64,000 bases of DNA from Ilumatobacteraceae bacterium (GTDB lineage: Bacteria > Actinomycetota > Acidimicrobiia > Acidimicrobiales > Ilumatobacteraceae). The position numbers and the translations under genes were made by a program. The notes below the pieces were generated by a model. That model was not told where the DNA came from, did not search any database, and saw nothing but the letters and a program-made list of their open reading frames with translations. The stretch lies in contig JBIIDH010000001.1 of the NCBI GenBank assembly GCA_044238435.1, positions 5,101-69,100 on the forward strand. Reading direction: 5' to 3'. Positions 26,624 to 35,211 of this stretch are shown one piece after another (the first letter of the stretch is position 1; every line of letters begins with the position of its first letter).

Positions 26624-28138
26624 GTGAGCCGCCTCAACCGCACCCGTACTCGGCGCGAGGCGACCGGCGCCACGCCACAGCCGTTCACCCCGCTGCGCAA
26701 CCCGTACCGTCCGGTGGAGGTGCTGTCGGCCGACCAGGTCGAGCACATCCACCGCTCGTCGCTGCAACTGCTGGCCACCACCGGGATGCGCATCCTCGAT
26801 GCACAGGCGCGGCGCTACTTCGCCGACGCCGGGTGCGTGGTCGACGACCTGATCGTGCGGTTCGACCCCGAGATGGTGGAGGCCACCGTCGCCCTCGCTC
26901 CTGCCGAGTTCACCCTGCGGGCCCGGAACCCGCAGCACTCGATCACGCTCGGCGGCAACCATGTGGCGTTCAGTGCCGTGGGAGGCCCCGCCTTCACCCA
27001 CGACCTCGACCGCGGGCGTCGCGGCGGCTCGGCCGCCGAACAGCGCGAGTACCTGCAGCTCATCCAGATGCTGGGCGTGGTGCACCAAGAGGGTGGCGGC
27101 CCGTTCGAGGCACTCGACCTGCCCGCCGAGACCCGGCACCTCGACCTCTACCTGAGCCTCATCCGCACCCTCGACAAGAACTGGCAGGCCGTTGCGCTGG
27201 GCCGCGAGCGCGCGGCCGACGCCATCGACATGGCCGCCATCGCCCTCGGCACCGACCGCGACGGTCTGGCTGCCATGCCCGCCGTGATGGCGGTCATCAA
27301 CACCAACACCCCGCTCACGCTCGACATCCCGATGGCCGAGGGGCTCATCGAACTCGCGGGCGCCGGACAGGCGGTGTGCGTCACCCCGTTCACGCTCGCC
27401 GGCGCCATGGCCCCGGCCACCATCGCCGGCGCGCTGGTGCTCCAGAACGCCGAAGCGCTGGCCGGTATCACCCTCACCCAACTGGTCAGGCCCGGCGCAC
27501 CAGCCATCTACGGCTCGTTCACGTCGAACGTCGACATGCGCAGCGGCTCGCCGGCCTTCGGCACTCCTGAGTTCACCCGTGCCGCGCAGGCGAGCGGCCA
27601 ACTGGCCCGCCGCTACGGGCTGCCGTTCCGGTCGTCGAACACCACGGCCTCGAACGCCGTCGACGCCCAGGCCGCCTACGAGAGCGGCATGTCGCTGTGG
27701 GGCGCCGTGATGGGCGGCGCCCACCTGGTGAACCACGCCGCAGGCTGGTTGGAGGGAGGGCTCACGGCGTCGTTCGAGAAGCTGATCATCGACGCCGAGA
27801 TGCTGCAGATGATGGCCGAGTACCTGAAGCCCATCGAGGTGAACGACGCCGAGATCGGCCTCGACGCCATCGCAGCCGTGGGGCCCGGCGGGCACTTCTT
27901 CGCCTCACCCCACACGATGGAGCGCTACGAGCGGGCGTTCTACTCGCCACTCGTGTCGGACTGGCGCAACTTCGAGACCTGGCAGGAGTCAGGCTCGATC
28001 GACGCCACCCACCGCGCCAACCGCATCTGGAAGCAGTTGCTCGACCAGTACGAGGCGCCCGTGCTCGATCCAGCCATCGACGAAGCGCTCGTCGACTTCG
28101 TGGTCCGCCGCCGGGCGGCGCTCGACTCGGTGGCCTGA
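26624..28138 (+). CDS. MttB-superfamily methyltransferase, non-pyrrolysine type (second paralog)
   Basis: 504 aa, uninterrupted. It shares blocks with the first copy ([64 protein letters not shown]). GTG start 10 nt after the FKBP stop. Confidence 0.85.
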   Translation: MSRLNRTRTRREATGATPQPFTPLRNPYRPVEVLSADQVEHIHRSSLQLLATTGMRILDAQARRYFADAGCVVDDLIVRFDPEMVEATVALAPAEFTLRARNPQHSITLGGNHVAFSAVGGPAFTHDLDRGRRGGSAAEQREYLQLIQMLGVVHQEGGGPFEALDLPAETRHLDLYLSLIRTLDKNWQAVALGRERAADAIDMAAIALGTDRDGLAAMPAVMAVINTNTPLTLDIPMAEGLIELAGAGQAVCVTPFTLAGAMAPATIAGALVLQNAEALAGITLTQLVRPGAPAIYGSFTSNVDMRSGSPAFGTPEFTRAAQASGQLARRYGLPFRSSNTTASNAVDAQAAYESGMSLWGAVMGGAHLVNHAAGWLEGGLTASFEKLIIDAEMLQMMAEYLKPIEVNDAEIGLDAIAAVGPGGHFFASPHTMERYERAFYSPLVSDWRNFETWQESGSIDATHRANRIWKQLLDQYEAPVLDPAIDEALVDFVVRRRAALDSVA

Positions 28139-28154
28139 GCCCAGGTCGTCCTGC

Positions 28155-30023
28155 TCAGTCAGGCAGGGCGCGGTACCCGAGGCGCTCGCGCAGGTCGCCG
28201 AACTGCAACAGCGAGATGATGCCGGCCGTGGGCACCAGCAGCAGACCCACCACACCGTCGATGAGGTTCACCACCGTGAACGACCAGTCGGTGAGGAGCA
28301 GGGCCAGCACACCGCACGCCGCCGGGACGACGGTGGCCAACGTGTAGGCCGCGCCGCCGAGGGCGAGCGAGCGCAAGCGGCGGCGCAGGGTGAGGCGACG
28401 GCTGAGCCAGAGGGGAGCGGAGTCGACCAGTGCCGCAGGTACGGCAACGGCCCACATGGCGAGCAACACCAGACCCAGGGGGAGCAGCACGGTGGTGGCG
28501 GTGAGGCCGGTCAGCCCTGCTGAGAGGAACAGTGAGATGAGGACGACGCGTCGCCGTTGCCACACCTCCGACACCACGAGGCGCCAGGAGACAGGCTCGT
28601 CGGAGTCGATGTGCAGCGTGGCGATCATCGCCGCAACGCTCACCGTCGCCGTCGCCGGGCCGATGAACAGCGAGCCGAGCAGGAGGGCGACGAATCCCCC
28701 CGATGCCGAGTCGCGGTCGGCGACATCGGCGACGTCGCCGAGTTCGGTGAAGTGGAGCACGACGGTCTGGACGATCGAAGCGAGAAGGCCGGCGAGGGGG
28801 AGCAGCGCCCCGATCCGCATGTACAGCAGCGGTCGGCGCCGAACCGTCGACACCGCAGCGCGGATGATCTGACCCCCGGCGCGTCGGGCGCGAACCGGCC
28901 GGGTGAACACAGGCCGCCAGCGCGTGCTGCGCAGCAACACCGTGAGCACCAGCAGCAGACCCACCAGGAACGCACCGGTGAGCAGCGGTTGCTGCAGCAG
29001 CCGGAACAGGACCTGCGAGGCATAACCGGCGACAGCACAGAACGCGTCGGTGACCTTCGTGCCCTCCGCCGGCAGATTGGCCGCACCGCGGCGGCCTTCC
29101 TCCTCCACCCAGCGCACCGGGTTGGTCCACTGCGTCTTCATGTTCGGACCCGTGGGCCCGTTGTTGAACGACGGCTGCCTCTCGCCCCAGTGGCCACGGA
29201 ACCCGGCCCAGGTGGGCAGGGACTCGTCGTCGAGCATGATCACGTCGGGCGACACATCCTCCGACGGCGCCCGGGTGTCGTCGCAGCCGAACCCGCTCTG
29301 CGCGCTCTTGCCGAACCAGCGCTCGGCTTGGAAGTACGAGGCATGGCTACCGGCCGCCACGTACACGACGGGTCGAGTGCCGTCGACCACCTGCAGCACG
29401 TCGTCGCTCCAGTCCGACACCTCAGCTCCCTCGTGCTGTGCGAACGCCACCAGGCGGGGCTCGGTGCCGATGGCCGAGCGGGCGTCGGGGGCGTCGAAGA
29501 ACAACTGGATCATCTCCCAGTCGCCCTCGTGGCGGTCGTTCCAGTCGTTGTAGAGGTAGAAGAACCAGTACTGCAGGACCAGCGTCTCGGGATCGTCGGG
29601 GTCGGAGAACACGTGGGCGTAGATCACCGGCGGGGTGCGCCACTGGTCGAACAGCTTCTCGTACGAGCAGCCGGGCGACAGGGCGTTGCCGGGGATGTCG
29701 AGGTACCAGTCGCCGGCGCTGTCGGCGAGGTCGGCCTCGGTGGGGGCCTTCACCGTGCCGTCGGGCTTGCGGAGCACCACGCCTTCTCGACCGAACAGGG
29801 CGTCGACCGCCATCACCCGGTACGGCTCGCCCGGGCCGCAGGTGACGGGTTGCTGCTGGACCCGCAGGAGGGGAGTGTGGCGCGCGGCCAGCTCGGCCGC
29901 TGCCTCGTCGGCGCTCTCGACGCGCGGCGCAGTTGACGAGGAAGCAGCCGTTGGAACCAACAGCGCTGCGAGTGCACCCATCACCAGTCCCAGTACCGAG
30001 ATCGTGCGCAGCCGCCGAGTCAT
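28155..30023 (-). CDS. hypothetical exported protein: signal peptide, extracytoplasmic domain of about 320 aa, C-terminal polytopic membrane domain of about 270 aa
   Basis: N-terminus MTRRLRTISVLGLVMGALAALLVPTAASSS. The conserved-looking core is YWFFYLYNDWNDRHEGDWEMIQ. The C-terminal third is hydrophobic with multiple helices. Confidence 0.5.
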   Translation of the reverse strand: MTRRLRTISVLGLVMGALAALLVPTAASSSTAPRVESADEAAAELAARHTPLLRVQQQPVTCGPGEPYRVMAVDALFGREGVVLRKPDGTVKAPTEADLADSAGDWYLDIPGNALSPGCSYEKLFDQWRTPPVIYAHVFSDPDDPETLVLQYWFFYLYNDWNDRHEGDWEMIQLFFDAPDARSAIGTEPRLVAFAQHEGAEVSDWSDDVLQVVDGTRPVVYVAAGSHASYFQAERWFGKSAQSGFGCDDTRAPSEDVSPDVIMLDDESLPTWAGFRGHWGERQPSFNNGPTGPNMKTQWTNPVRWVEEEGRRGAANLPAEGTKVTDAFCAVAGYASQVLFRLLQQPLLTGAFLVGLLLVLTVLLRSTRWRPVFTRPVRARRAGGQIIRAAVSTVRRRPLLYMRIGALLPLAGLLASIVQTVVLHFTELGDVADVADRDSASGGFVALLLGSLFIGPATATVSVAAMIATLHIDSDEPVSWRLVVSEVWQRRRVVLISLFLSAGLTGLTATTVLLPLGLVLLAMWAVAVPAALVDSAPLWLSRRLTLRRRLRSLALGGAAYTLATVVPAACGVLALLLTDWSFTVVNLIDGVVGLLLVPTAGIISLLQFGDLRERLGYRALPD

Positions 30024-30045
30024 CGCACCGATGGTAGATCGCGTG

Positions 30046-30083
30046 TGTGAGCGGGAGAGCGTGGTGCCGGGGTTCCGCTCACA
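30046..30083. other. hairpin: 9-bp stem TGTGAGCGG/CCGCTCACA with a 20-nt loop
   Basis: Seen in the sequence between two minus-strand genes. It is a possible terminator of the Cys-rich gene or a 5'-UTR element of the membrane-protein gene. Confidence 0.25.
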
Positions 30084-30163
30084 GACGCTGCGGTGGTGTC
30101 AGGTTGAGTTGACATAACGAGGATTATGGGCGTTGTCACTGGAACCGGCGGGCCAAGGGGGCG

Positions 30164-30529
30164 TCAGCCCGATGCGGGTAGACGGCGCCCCGCCAGGGGT
30201 TCTGCGGCGTCGAGCAGCCAGCGCAGCGCATCCAGCGCCTCGGCCGCCGTGAGGTCGTGCTCGAGATCGCGCCGGGTGTCGACCACTGCGCACTGCAGCA
30301 CGTACAGGTCGTCGTACAGCGCGTCGAGTTCGCTGCGCGCCATCACCAGCTCGCCCTCGCTGAGCGCCAGCTCCCGAGCCCGCTGGCGCGACACCCAGTC
30401 CCATTGGCGACACCGTTGCGAGCAGAACGCCCGTGGACGCCCCGGGCCCTGCCGGGTCGCGAGGACGATGCGGCACCACCGGCAGCGTCGCTCCTCCGGC
30501 GACGACGGGTCATCGACTGATTTCGTCAT
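30164..30529 (-). CDS. hypothetical Cys-rich small protein (CxxC…CxxxC zinc-ribbon-like N-terminus, helical C-terminus)
   Basis: 121 aa. MTKSVDDPSSPEERRCRWCRIV…FCSQRCRQWDW…. The start codon is embedded in a perfect 18-bp palindrome. Confidence 0.45.
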   Translation of the reverse strand: MTKSVDDPSSPEERRCRWCRIVLATRQGPGRPRAFCSQRCRQWDWVSRQRARELALSEGELVMARSELDALYDDLYVLQCAVVDTRRDLEHDLTAAEALDALRWLLDAAEPLAGRRLPASG

Positions 30530-30537
30530 GACGAAAT
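30520..30537. promoter_or_regulatory. perfect 18-bp palindrome ATTTCGTCATGACGAAAT centred on the start codon of the Cys-rich gene
   Basis: Seen in the sequence. The reverse complement is identical. It spans -8 to +10 relative to the ATG. Confidence 0.35.
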
Positions 30538-30606
30538 GGTAGGTGACACGATGCTTGCCGACGGGTGATCATGCAGGTCGACCTGTGACGACCGGGAGGC
30601 AGCGGT

Positions 30607-30894
30607 GTGGCCGACGAGCAGTTCTCGATCGACGTGCACGTGCGCCCCGGCGCTCGGCGCACCTCGGTGGGCGGCGAGCACGATGGTGCGCTGACGGTCG
30701 CCGTGAACGCGCCCGCAGTCGACGGCCGGGCCAACGAAGCCGTCGTCGCTGCGCTCGCTGCTGCCTTCGCCGTACGGCCCGCTGCCGTGTCGATCGTGCG
30801 TGGCGCCACCTCGCGCCGGAAGTCGGTGCGCATAGCCGGCGATGTGGAGCACCTCGCAGCCATGGCGGTGGTGCTGCGTCGCCAGGGTCGCTGA
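30607..30894 (+). CDS. DUF167 (YggU/UPF0235) family protein
   Basis: 95 aa. …VHVRPGARRTSVGGEHDGALTVAVNAPAVDGRANEAVVAALAAAF… is typical of the YggU family. Confidence 0.7.
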   Translation: MADEQFSIDVHVRPGARRTSVGGEHDGALTVAVNAPAVDGRANEAVVAALAAAFAVRPAAVSIVRGATSRRKSVRIAGDVEHLAAMAVVLRRQGR

Positions 30895-30938
30895 CGACGC
30901 ACCACCACCGACCACGGCCGGTCACTCGATGTGAACCG

Positions 30939-33062
30939 TCACTCGACGGGAACCGGCATCTCGACGGGAGCTGGCAGGGCACCACTCCCCTCGTTCGTCG
31001 GCGCGAACCGCTTGATGAGGGTGGCCGCCAGACCCTCGATGCTGCTGCCACCACTCACCAACACCTGGGGCATCACGTCGATGCGGCCCTCGGCGATGGC
31101 GTTGATGGCCGCCACGATGGCTGTGGCCGACGGTCCGAGGGCCTCCTTCTGGGCCTCGAACCCCTGGGCCCGGGCCAGGCCGAGCGCTTCGGCGGCCTTG
31201 GCCTCGGCCAGGCCCACCGCCTCGGCGCGGGTGGCCTCGGCGGCACCCACTGCGCCCACCTTGCTCGCCTCAGCGAGACCCAGGGCCTCGACGCGGCTGG
31301 CGTCGGCCTGGCCGAGCGCTTCCACCTTGCTCGCCTCGGCCCGACCGAGCACCTCGATCTTGGTGGCCTCGGCCCGTGCGGTGGTCTCGACGAACGCCGC
31401 TTCACCACGGGCCTGTGCGGCCCGGGCGTCGGCGGCGTTCGAGTTGATCTCGATCGAGACCTGCGAGCTGGCGAGTTGACCCTGCATGTCGGCGGTGCCG
31501 CGGGCCTTCTCCACCTCGATGCGGGCCTGTTGGGCGTCGCGTTGCTCGTGGAAGGTGGCCTTCTCCTGCTTGGCGATCTCGCGCTCGGTGAGCACCTGGA
31601 CCAGCTCAGCCGGGAAGATCACGTCCTGGATGTACACGCCGCGGGTCTCGACGTCGTACGACGCCAGGTAGCCGGTGATCGCGGCGAGCGCAGCCTCCTG
31701 CACCTCGTCGCGGGTCTCGATGAACCGCACCGCCTCGAGGCGTTGCAGAGTGTTGCGGAAGTGGTTCCCCACCGCCGACTGCAGCACCTCGTTGACGAGG
31801 TTCTGCATGGTGCCGACCATCGAGATCACCTTCGGCGCCTTGGTGTCGCTGACGTGGATCTGCACCTGCAGATCGATGGAGAACACGAACCCCTCGCGGC
31901 TCTTGCCCTCGATGGGGCTGAGCGACGAGTCGAGGTTGTGGGCCTGGCTCGAGGCGCTCGCCCAGTTGAGGGTGAGGATGCTGGTGGGCACGATCTCGGC
32001 CGAATAGATGCGCGGGTTGATCGGGTACTTGCCCGTGCGCAGCGGCTCCTGCCAGATACCGCGTCGGCCGGGCTGCACGATCGAACCGAACTTGAACTCC
32101 GAACCACTGGTGTCGAGGGTGGGCAGACCCACGAAGCTCTTCACCACGGCCACCTCGCCCTGGCGCACGACGAGCATGGGAACCATCTCGACGCGAACGA
32201 GGAACGGGTTCAGCAGGTACGCGCCGTACAGCAGCGGGTCGTGCTGCAGGCCGATGCGCCCACCGTGGCTCAGGAACGCCTGGAAGTCCTGGTAGTTGTT
32301 GTGGAGTTCGTTCTTGCGGCCCAGCAGCGTGTCGATGATCTCGGCGTCGGCGGCGCCGGCGGCCTCCATCCGTGTCATGTCGTCGAAGCCGCCAAGGCGG
32401 CTGGCGATGTCGCCGCTCGGCAGCGGTTCGCCCTCGAGGGCGGTGACGATGCCCACCATGTCGGTCGTGCCATTCGGCGCGATGACGGTGACCCGGAGTT
32501 GCTCGGGCGACAGCCCGAACGCCTCGGAGGTGAGCACACCGCGGTACTGGCGGGCGACCGACTGGAGTTCCTGCGACACCGGTTCGCCGTACACGCGGCT
32601 GGCCGTGATGACGAGGAACGCGGCCGGGTGGATGGGCACCAGCGTCCCTGGCGGCAGCACCGGTCGCTGGACGCCCTTCTGGCCGCCGTTGGCCAAGAAG
32701 GCGTCGAGGTCGCCGAAGTTGCCGAACTCGAGATGGAACTCGGCGCTCTTGGCGCCGATGGCGATGGGGTCGCCCACCTGGGCGATCACCACACCGATCT
32801 CGCCCGCGGGCACCTGCACCCAGGGGTGCTTGGTCACCACGAAGATGGGCCACAGCTTGAAACGCAGGCCCGGCATGAGCAGCTCGGCCTGGTAGCCGGC
32901 CTCGCCGTTGGAAGCGACGGGGTTGCCGTCGGCAAGGCTGCGCCTGGCGAGCCGCTTGTTGACCAGTCCGATCTCGGCCGGTCCGATGACGGTGAGCGAC
33001 TGGAACACGACGAGTGCGACCAGCGCGACAACGAGCAATGAGGCGATGAGCACGATGAACAC
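30939..33062 (-). CDS. flotillin / SPFH (band-7) family protein with extended EA-repeat coiled-coil tail
   Basis: 707 aa from GTG (VFIVLIASLLVV… TM anchor) preceded by AAAGGAGGTGA. SPFH domain. The tail carries repeated A-E-A-x-K-V-E-A-L-G heptad-like units. The ORF-track MMM… extension is spurious. Confidence 0.85.
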   Translation of the reverse strand: MFIVLIASLLVVALVALVVFQSLTVIGPAEIGLVNKRLARRSLADGNPVASNGEAGYQAELLMPGLRFKLWPIFVVTKHPWVQVPAGEIGVVIAQVGDPIAIGAKSAEFHLEFGNFGDLDAFLANGGQKGVQRPVLPPGTLVPIHPAAFLVITASRVYGEPVSQELQSVARQYRGVLTSEAFGLSPEQLRVTVIAPNGTTDMVGIVTALEGEPLPSGDIASRLGGFDDMTRMEAAGAADAEIIDTLLGRKNELHNNYQDFQAFLSHGGRIGLQHDPLLYGAYLLNPFLVRVEMVPMLVVRQGEVAVVKSFVGLPTLDTSGSEFKFGSIVQPGRRGIWQEPLRTGKYPINPRIYSAEIVPTSILTLNWASASSQAHNLDSSLSPIEGKSREGFVFSIDLQVQIHVSDTKAPKVISMVGTMQNLVNEVLQSAVGNHFRNTLQRLEAVRFIETRDEVQEAALAAITGYLASYDVETRGVYIQDVIFPAELVQVLTEREIAKQEKATFHEQRDAQQARIEVEKARGTADMQGQLASSQVSIEINSNAADARAAQARGEAAFVETTARAEATKIEVLGRAEASKVEALGQADASRVEALGLAEASKVGAVGAAEATRAEAVGLAEAKAAEALGLARAQGFEAQKEALGPSATAIVAAINAIAEGRIDVMPQVLVSGGSSIEGLAATLIKRFAPTNEGSGALPAPVEMPVPVE

Positions 33063-33220
33063 CGCCTCACCTCCTTTCGGGGGTGTTCGGGCGCCGAGAC
33101 GGTCTCGGCGCTCGGACGGCGACCACAGGATCGCCGACATCATCACGTGCTACTCCGCTTCGCGCGGAAGTCAAGATGTCGCCGACGACACGCCGACGCA
33201 GCGCGGTGGCGCGGTGCTTC

Positions 33221-34057
33221 TCAGCGGTCGGTGAGGACTTCGCGCCAGACGGCCTCGAGCCGGTCGAGGCGTTCGGTGGCGTGGGCCCGCAGCCGGTCGG
33301 CCACGGCCGAGACGAACAGGTCGAACACCGCCAGCGTGCCGGTGTGGCTGTCGAACGGTCCGCTGCCGGCGGCAGCGAGCACCACCGTCACATCGGCCGT
33401 CTGTGCGAGCGGCGACAGCACGCTGTCGGTGAGCGCCACCGACCACACCCCCGCCGCCCGGGCCGTCTGCGCGACGTCGACCACCCACCGCTCGTAGCGG
33501 CGCAGGTCGAGCGCCACCAGCACGTCGCCGGCACGAAGCAGCGCAGCCTGACGGCGCACGGCGATGGGGTTGCCGTCGATGAGCGCGACGTCATCGCGGA
33601 GCGACCCGAGATCGCCGACGAACTGCAGCGCCACACCGCGCGAGGCATCGCCCGACAGCACGAAGATGCGCGCCTCGCGTTCGGCGAGGTGGTCGACCAC
33701 TGCGGCGAGCGTGTCGGCCGATACCGCCCCGAGCGAGGCGTGCACATTGGCCACCTCGAGCTGCTGATGACGGGTGGCGAGGCCGGCACCCGCTGGCTCG
33801 CGGATGCGTTCGGCGGCCGGACGCAACTGGGCGGCCAGTTCGGCCTGCACCGCAGCCTGGAGCGCCGTGAACCCGTCGTACCCGAGTTTGGTGGACAGGC
33901 GCACCACTGTCGCTGCGCCCGAACCCGATGCCGTGGCCAGTTCGGCGACGGTGCCGAAGGCCACCAGTTGGGGCCGGGCCAGCACCACTTCGGCCACGCG
34001 TCGTTCTGCTGTGGTGAGCGAAGCCCCCTGAGCACCGATTCGATCCGCCACCAGCAT
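33221..34057 (-). CDS. MurR/RpiR-family transcriptional regulator (HTH plus SIS domain)
   Basis: 278 aa from MLVADRIGAQGASLTTAERRVAEVVLARPQLVAFGTVAELA (HTH_6). SIS-like C-terminus (…IFVLSGDASRG…). Divergent from the hydroxylase gene. Confidence 0.75.
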   Translation of the reverse strand: MLVADRIGAQGASLTTAERRVAEVVLARPQLVAFGTVAELATASGSGAATVVRLSTKLGYDGFTALQAAVQAELAAQLRPAAERIREPAGAGLATRHQQLEVANVHASLGAVSADTLAAVVDHLAEREARIFVLSGDASRGVALQFVGDLGSLRDDVALIDGNPIAVRRQAALLRAGDVLVALDLRRYERWVVDVAQTARAAGVWSVALTDSVLSPLAQTADVTVVLAAAGSGPFDSHTGTLAVFDLFVSAVADRLRAHATERLDRLEAVWREVLTDR

Positions 34058-34165
34058 CGCCGCGGAGTGTAGTCGCAGGCCGCGGAGTGTGTTCGTTCCG
34101 GTCCGCCTTCCACGGGAACGGTGACCAAGTGGAACAGTTCTTCCAGCCTGTGTAGTGTCTGGAAC

Positions 34166-35155
34166 ATGACGACCCGACGCGACCTCGACCTCGACCTCGA
34201 CATCCGCCACCGTCAGCACCGGCCCCCGGCGGTGGTGGTCTGGGGCGACCAGACCGGTTGGTCGGCACCCGACTCGGTCGACTGCATCGACGACCTCGTC
34301 GGCGCGGCAGGCCACGCCGGTCGGCGTCTGCCTGCTGCGGTGCACGACGCCCTGGTCGACTTCGCCGACGAGCCGCACCCCAGCGGCGCGCTCCTCGTCC
34401 GCGGAGCACCGATCGGTACGGTCGGTCGCACCCCCGCCTCACCCACCTCCATCGGGGCCAAGGACCGCACCAGCGAGTTCACGCTGCTGGCCGTGGCCCG
34501 CCGGCTGGGCCAGCCCGTCGGATACCTACCCGAGCACGGAGGCGACATCGTCCAGAACATCGTGCCCGTGGCCGGCACCGCCGACCGGCAGGTGTCGACC
34601 TCGTCGAAGGTCGAGCTGATGTTCCACACCGAGGCCGCCTTCCACCCGCATCGACCCCGCTACCTGGTGCTGCTGTGCCTGCGCGGCGACTCGGCTGCCC
34701 ACACCACGCTGTCGTCGATCGGCGAAGTGCTGCCCCTGCTCCCCCACGACGTCGTCGACACCCTGTTCGCTCCGCGCTTTCGCACTGCGGTCGACGAGAG
34801 CTACCTGCACGGACGCCAGAACGTGTTGGGCGCGCCGATGGCCGTGCTCAGCGGGCGCCGCGATCGACCGACGATGGTGTTCGACGCCGACCTGATGGTG
34901 GGTGTCGACGGTGAGGCCGACGAGGCGTTGCAGGCGCTCGGCGCCGCAGTTGCCTGCCACAGCACCTCCGTCTCGCTCTGTGCCGGCGACGTGCTGGTCG
35001 TCGACAACACCGTCGCCGTGCACGGCCGCACTCCCTTCGTCCCCCGCTTCGATGGCACCGACCGCTGGCTGCAGCGCAGCTTCGTCGTCGCCGACCTCGC
35101 ACCCAGCGCCGGCGAGCGGCGGGGCCGGGTCGTCGTCACCGAGTTCGGCGTCTGA
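34166..35155 (+). CDS. clavaminate-synthase-like (TauD/TfdA family) Fe(II)/2OG-dependent amino-acid hydroxylase (VioC/AsnO-like)
   Basis: HxE…H triad: ELMFHTEAAFHPHRPRYLVLLCLR plus DNTVAVHGRTPF, the canonical CAS-like signature. The start is uncertain (GTG at 34121 or ATG at 34166). Confidence 0.75.
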   Translation: MTTRRDLDLDLDIRHRQHRPPAVVVWGDQTGWSAPDSVDCIDDLVGAAGHAGRRLPAAVHDALVDFADEPHPSGALLVRGAPIGTVGRTPASPTSIGAKDRTSEFTLLAVARRLGQPVGYLPEHGGDIVQNIVPVAGTADRQVSTSSKVELMFHTEAAFHPHRPRYLVLLCLRGDSAAHTTLSSIGEVLPLLPHDVVDTLFAPRFRTAVDESYLHGRQNVLGAPMAVLSGRRDRPTMVFDADLMVGVDGEADEALQALGAAVACHSTSVSLCAGDVLVVDNTVAVHGRTPFVPRFDGTDRWLQRSFVVADLAPSAGERRGRVVVTEFGV

Positions 35156-35211
35156 CACCCGGGCACCGAACCCGCAGGGGGCGCTGAACCAGCCGAGGCG
35201 CAGGGCAGACT

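Noticed and set aside
30100-30145. TTGACA hexamer near 30107 as a possible -35 element
   Set aside because: It is on the plus strand pointing toward the 3' end of a minus-strand gene. There is no plus-strand ORF downstream before 30607 and no acceptable -10 at 16 to 18 nt spacing. It is likely fortuitous.
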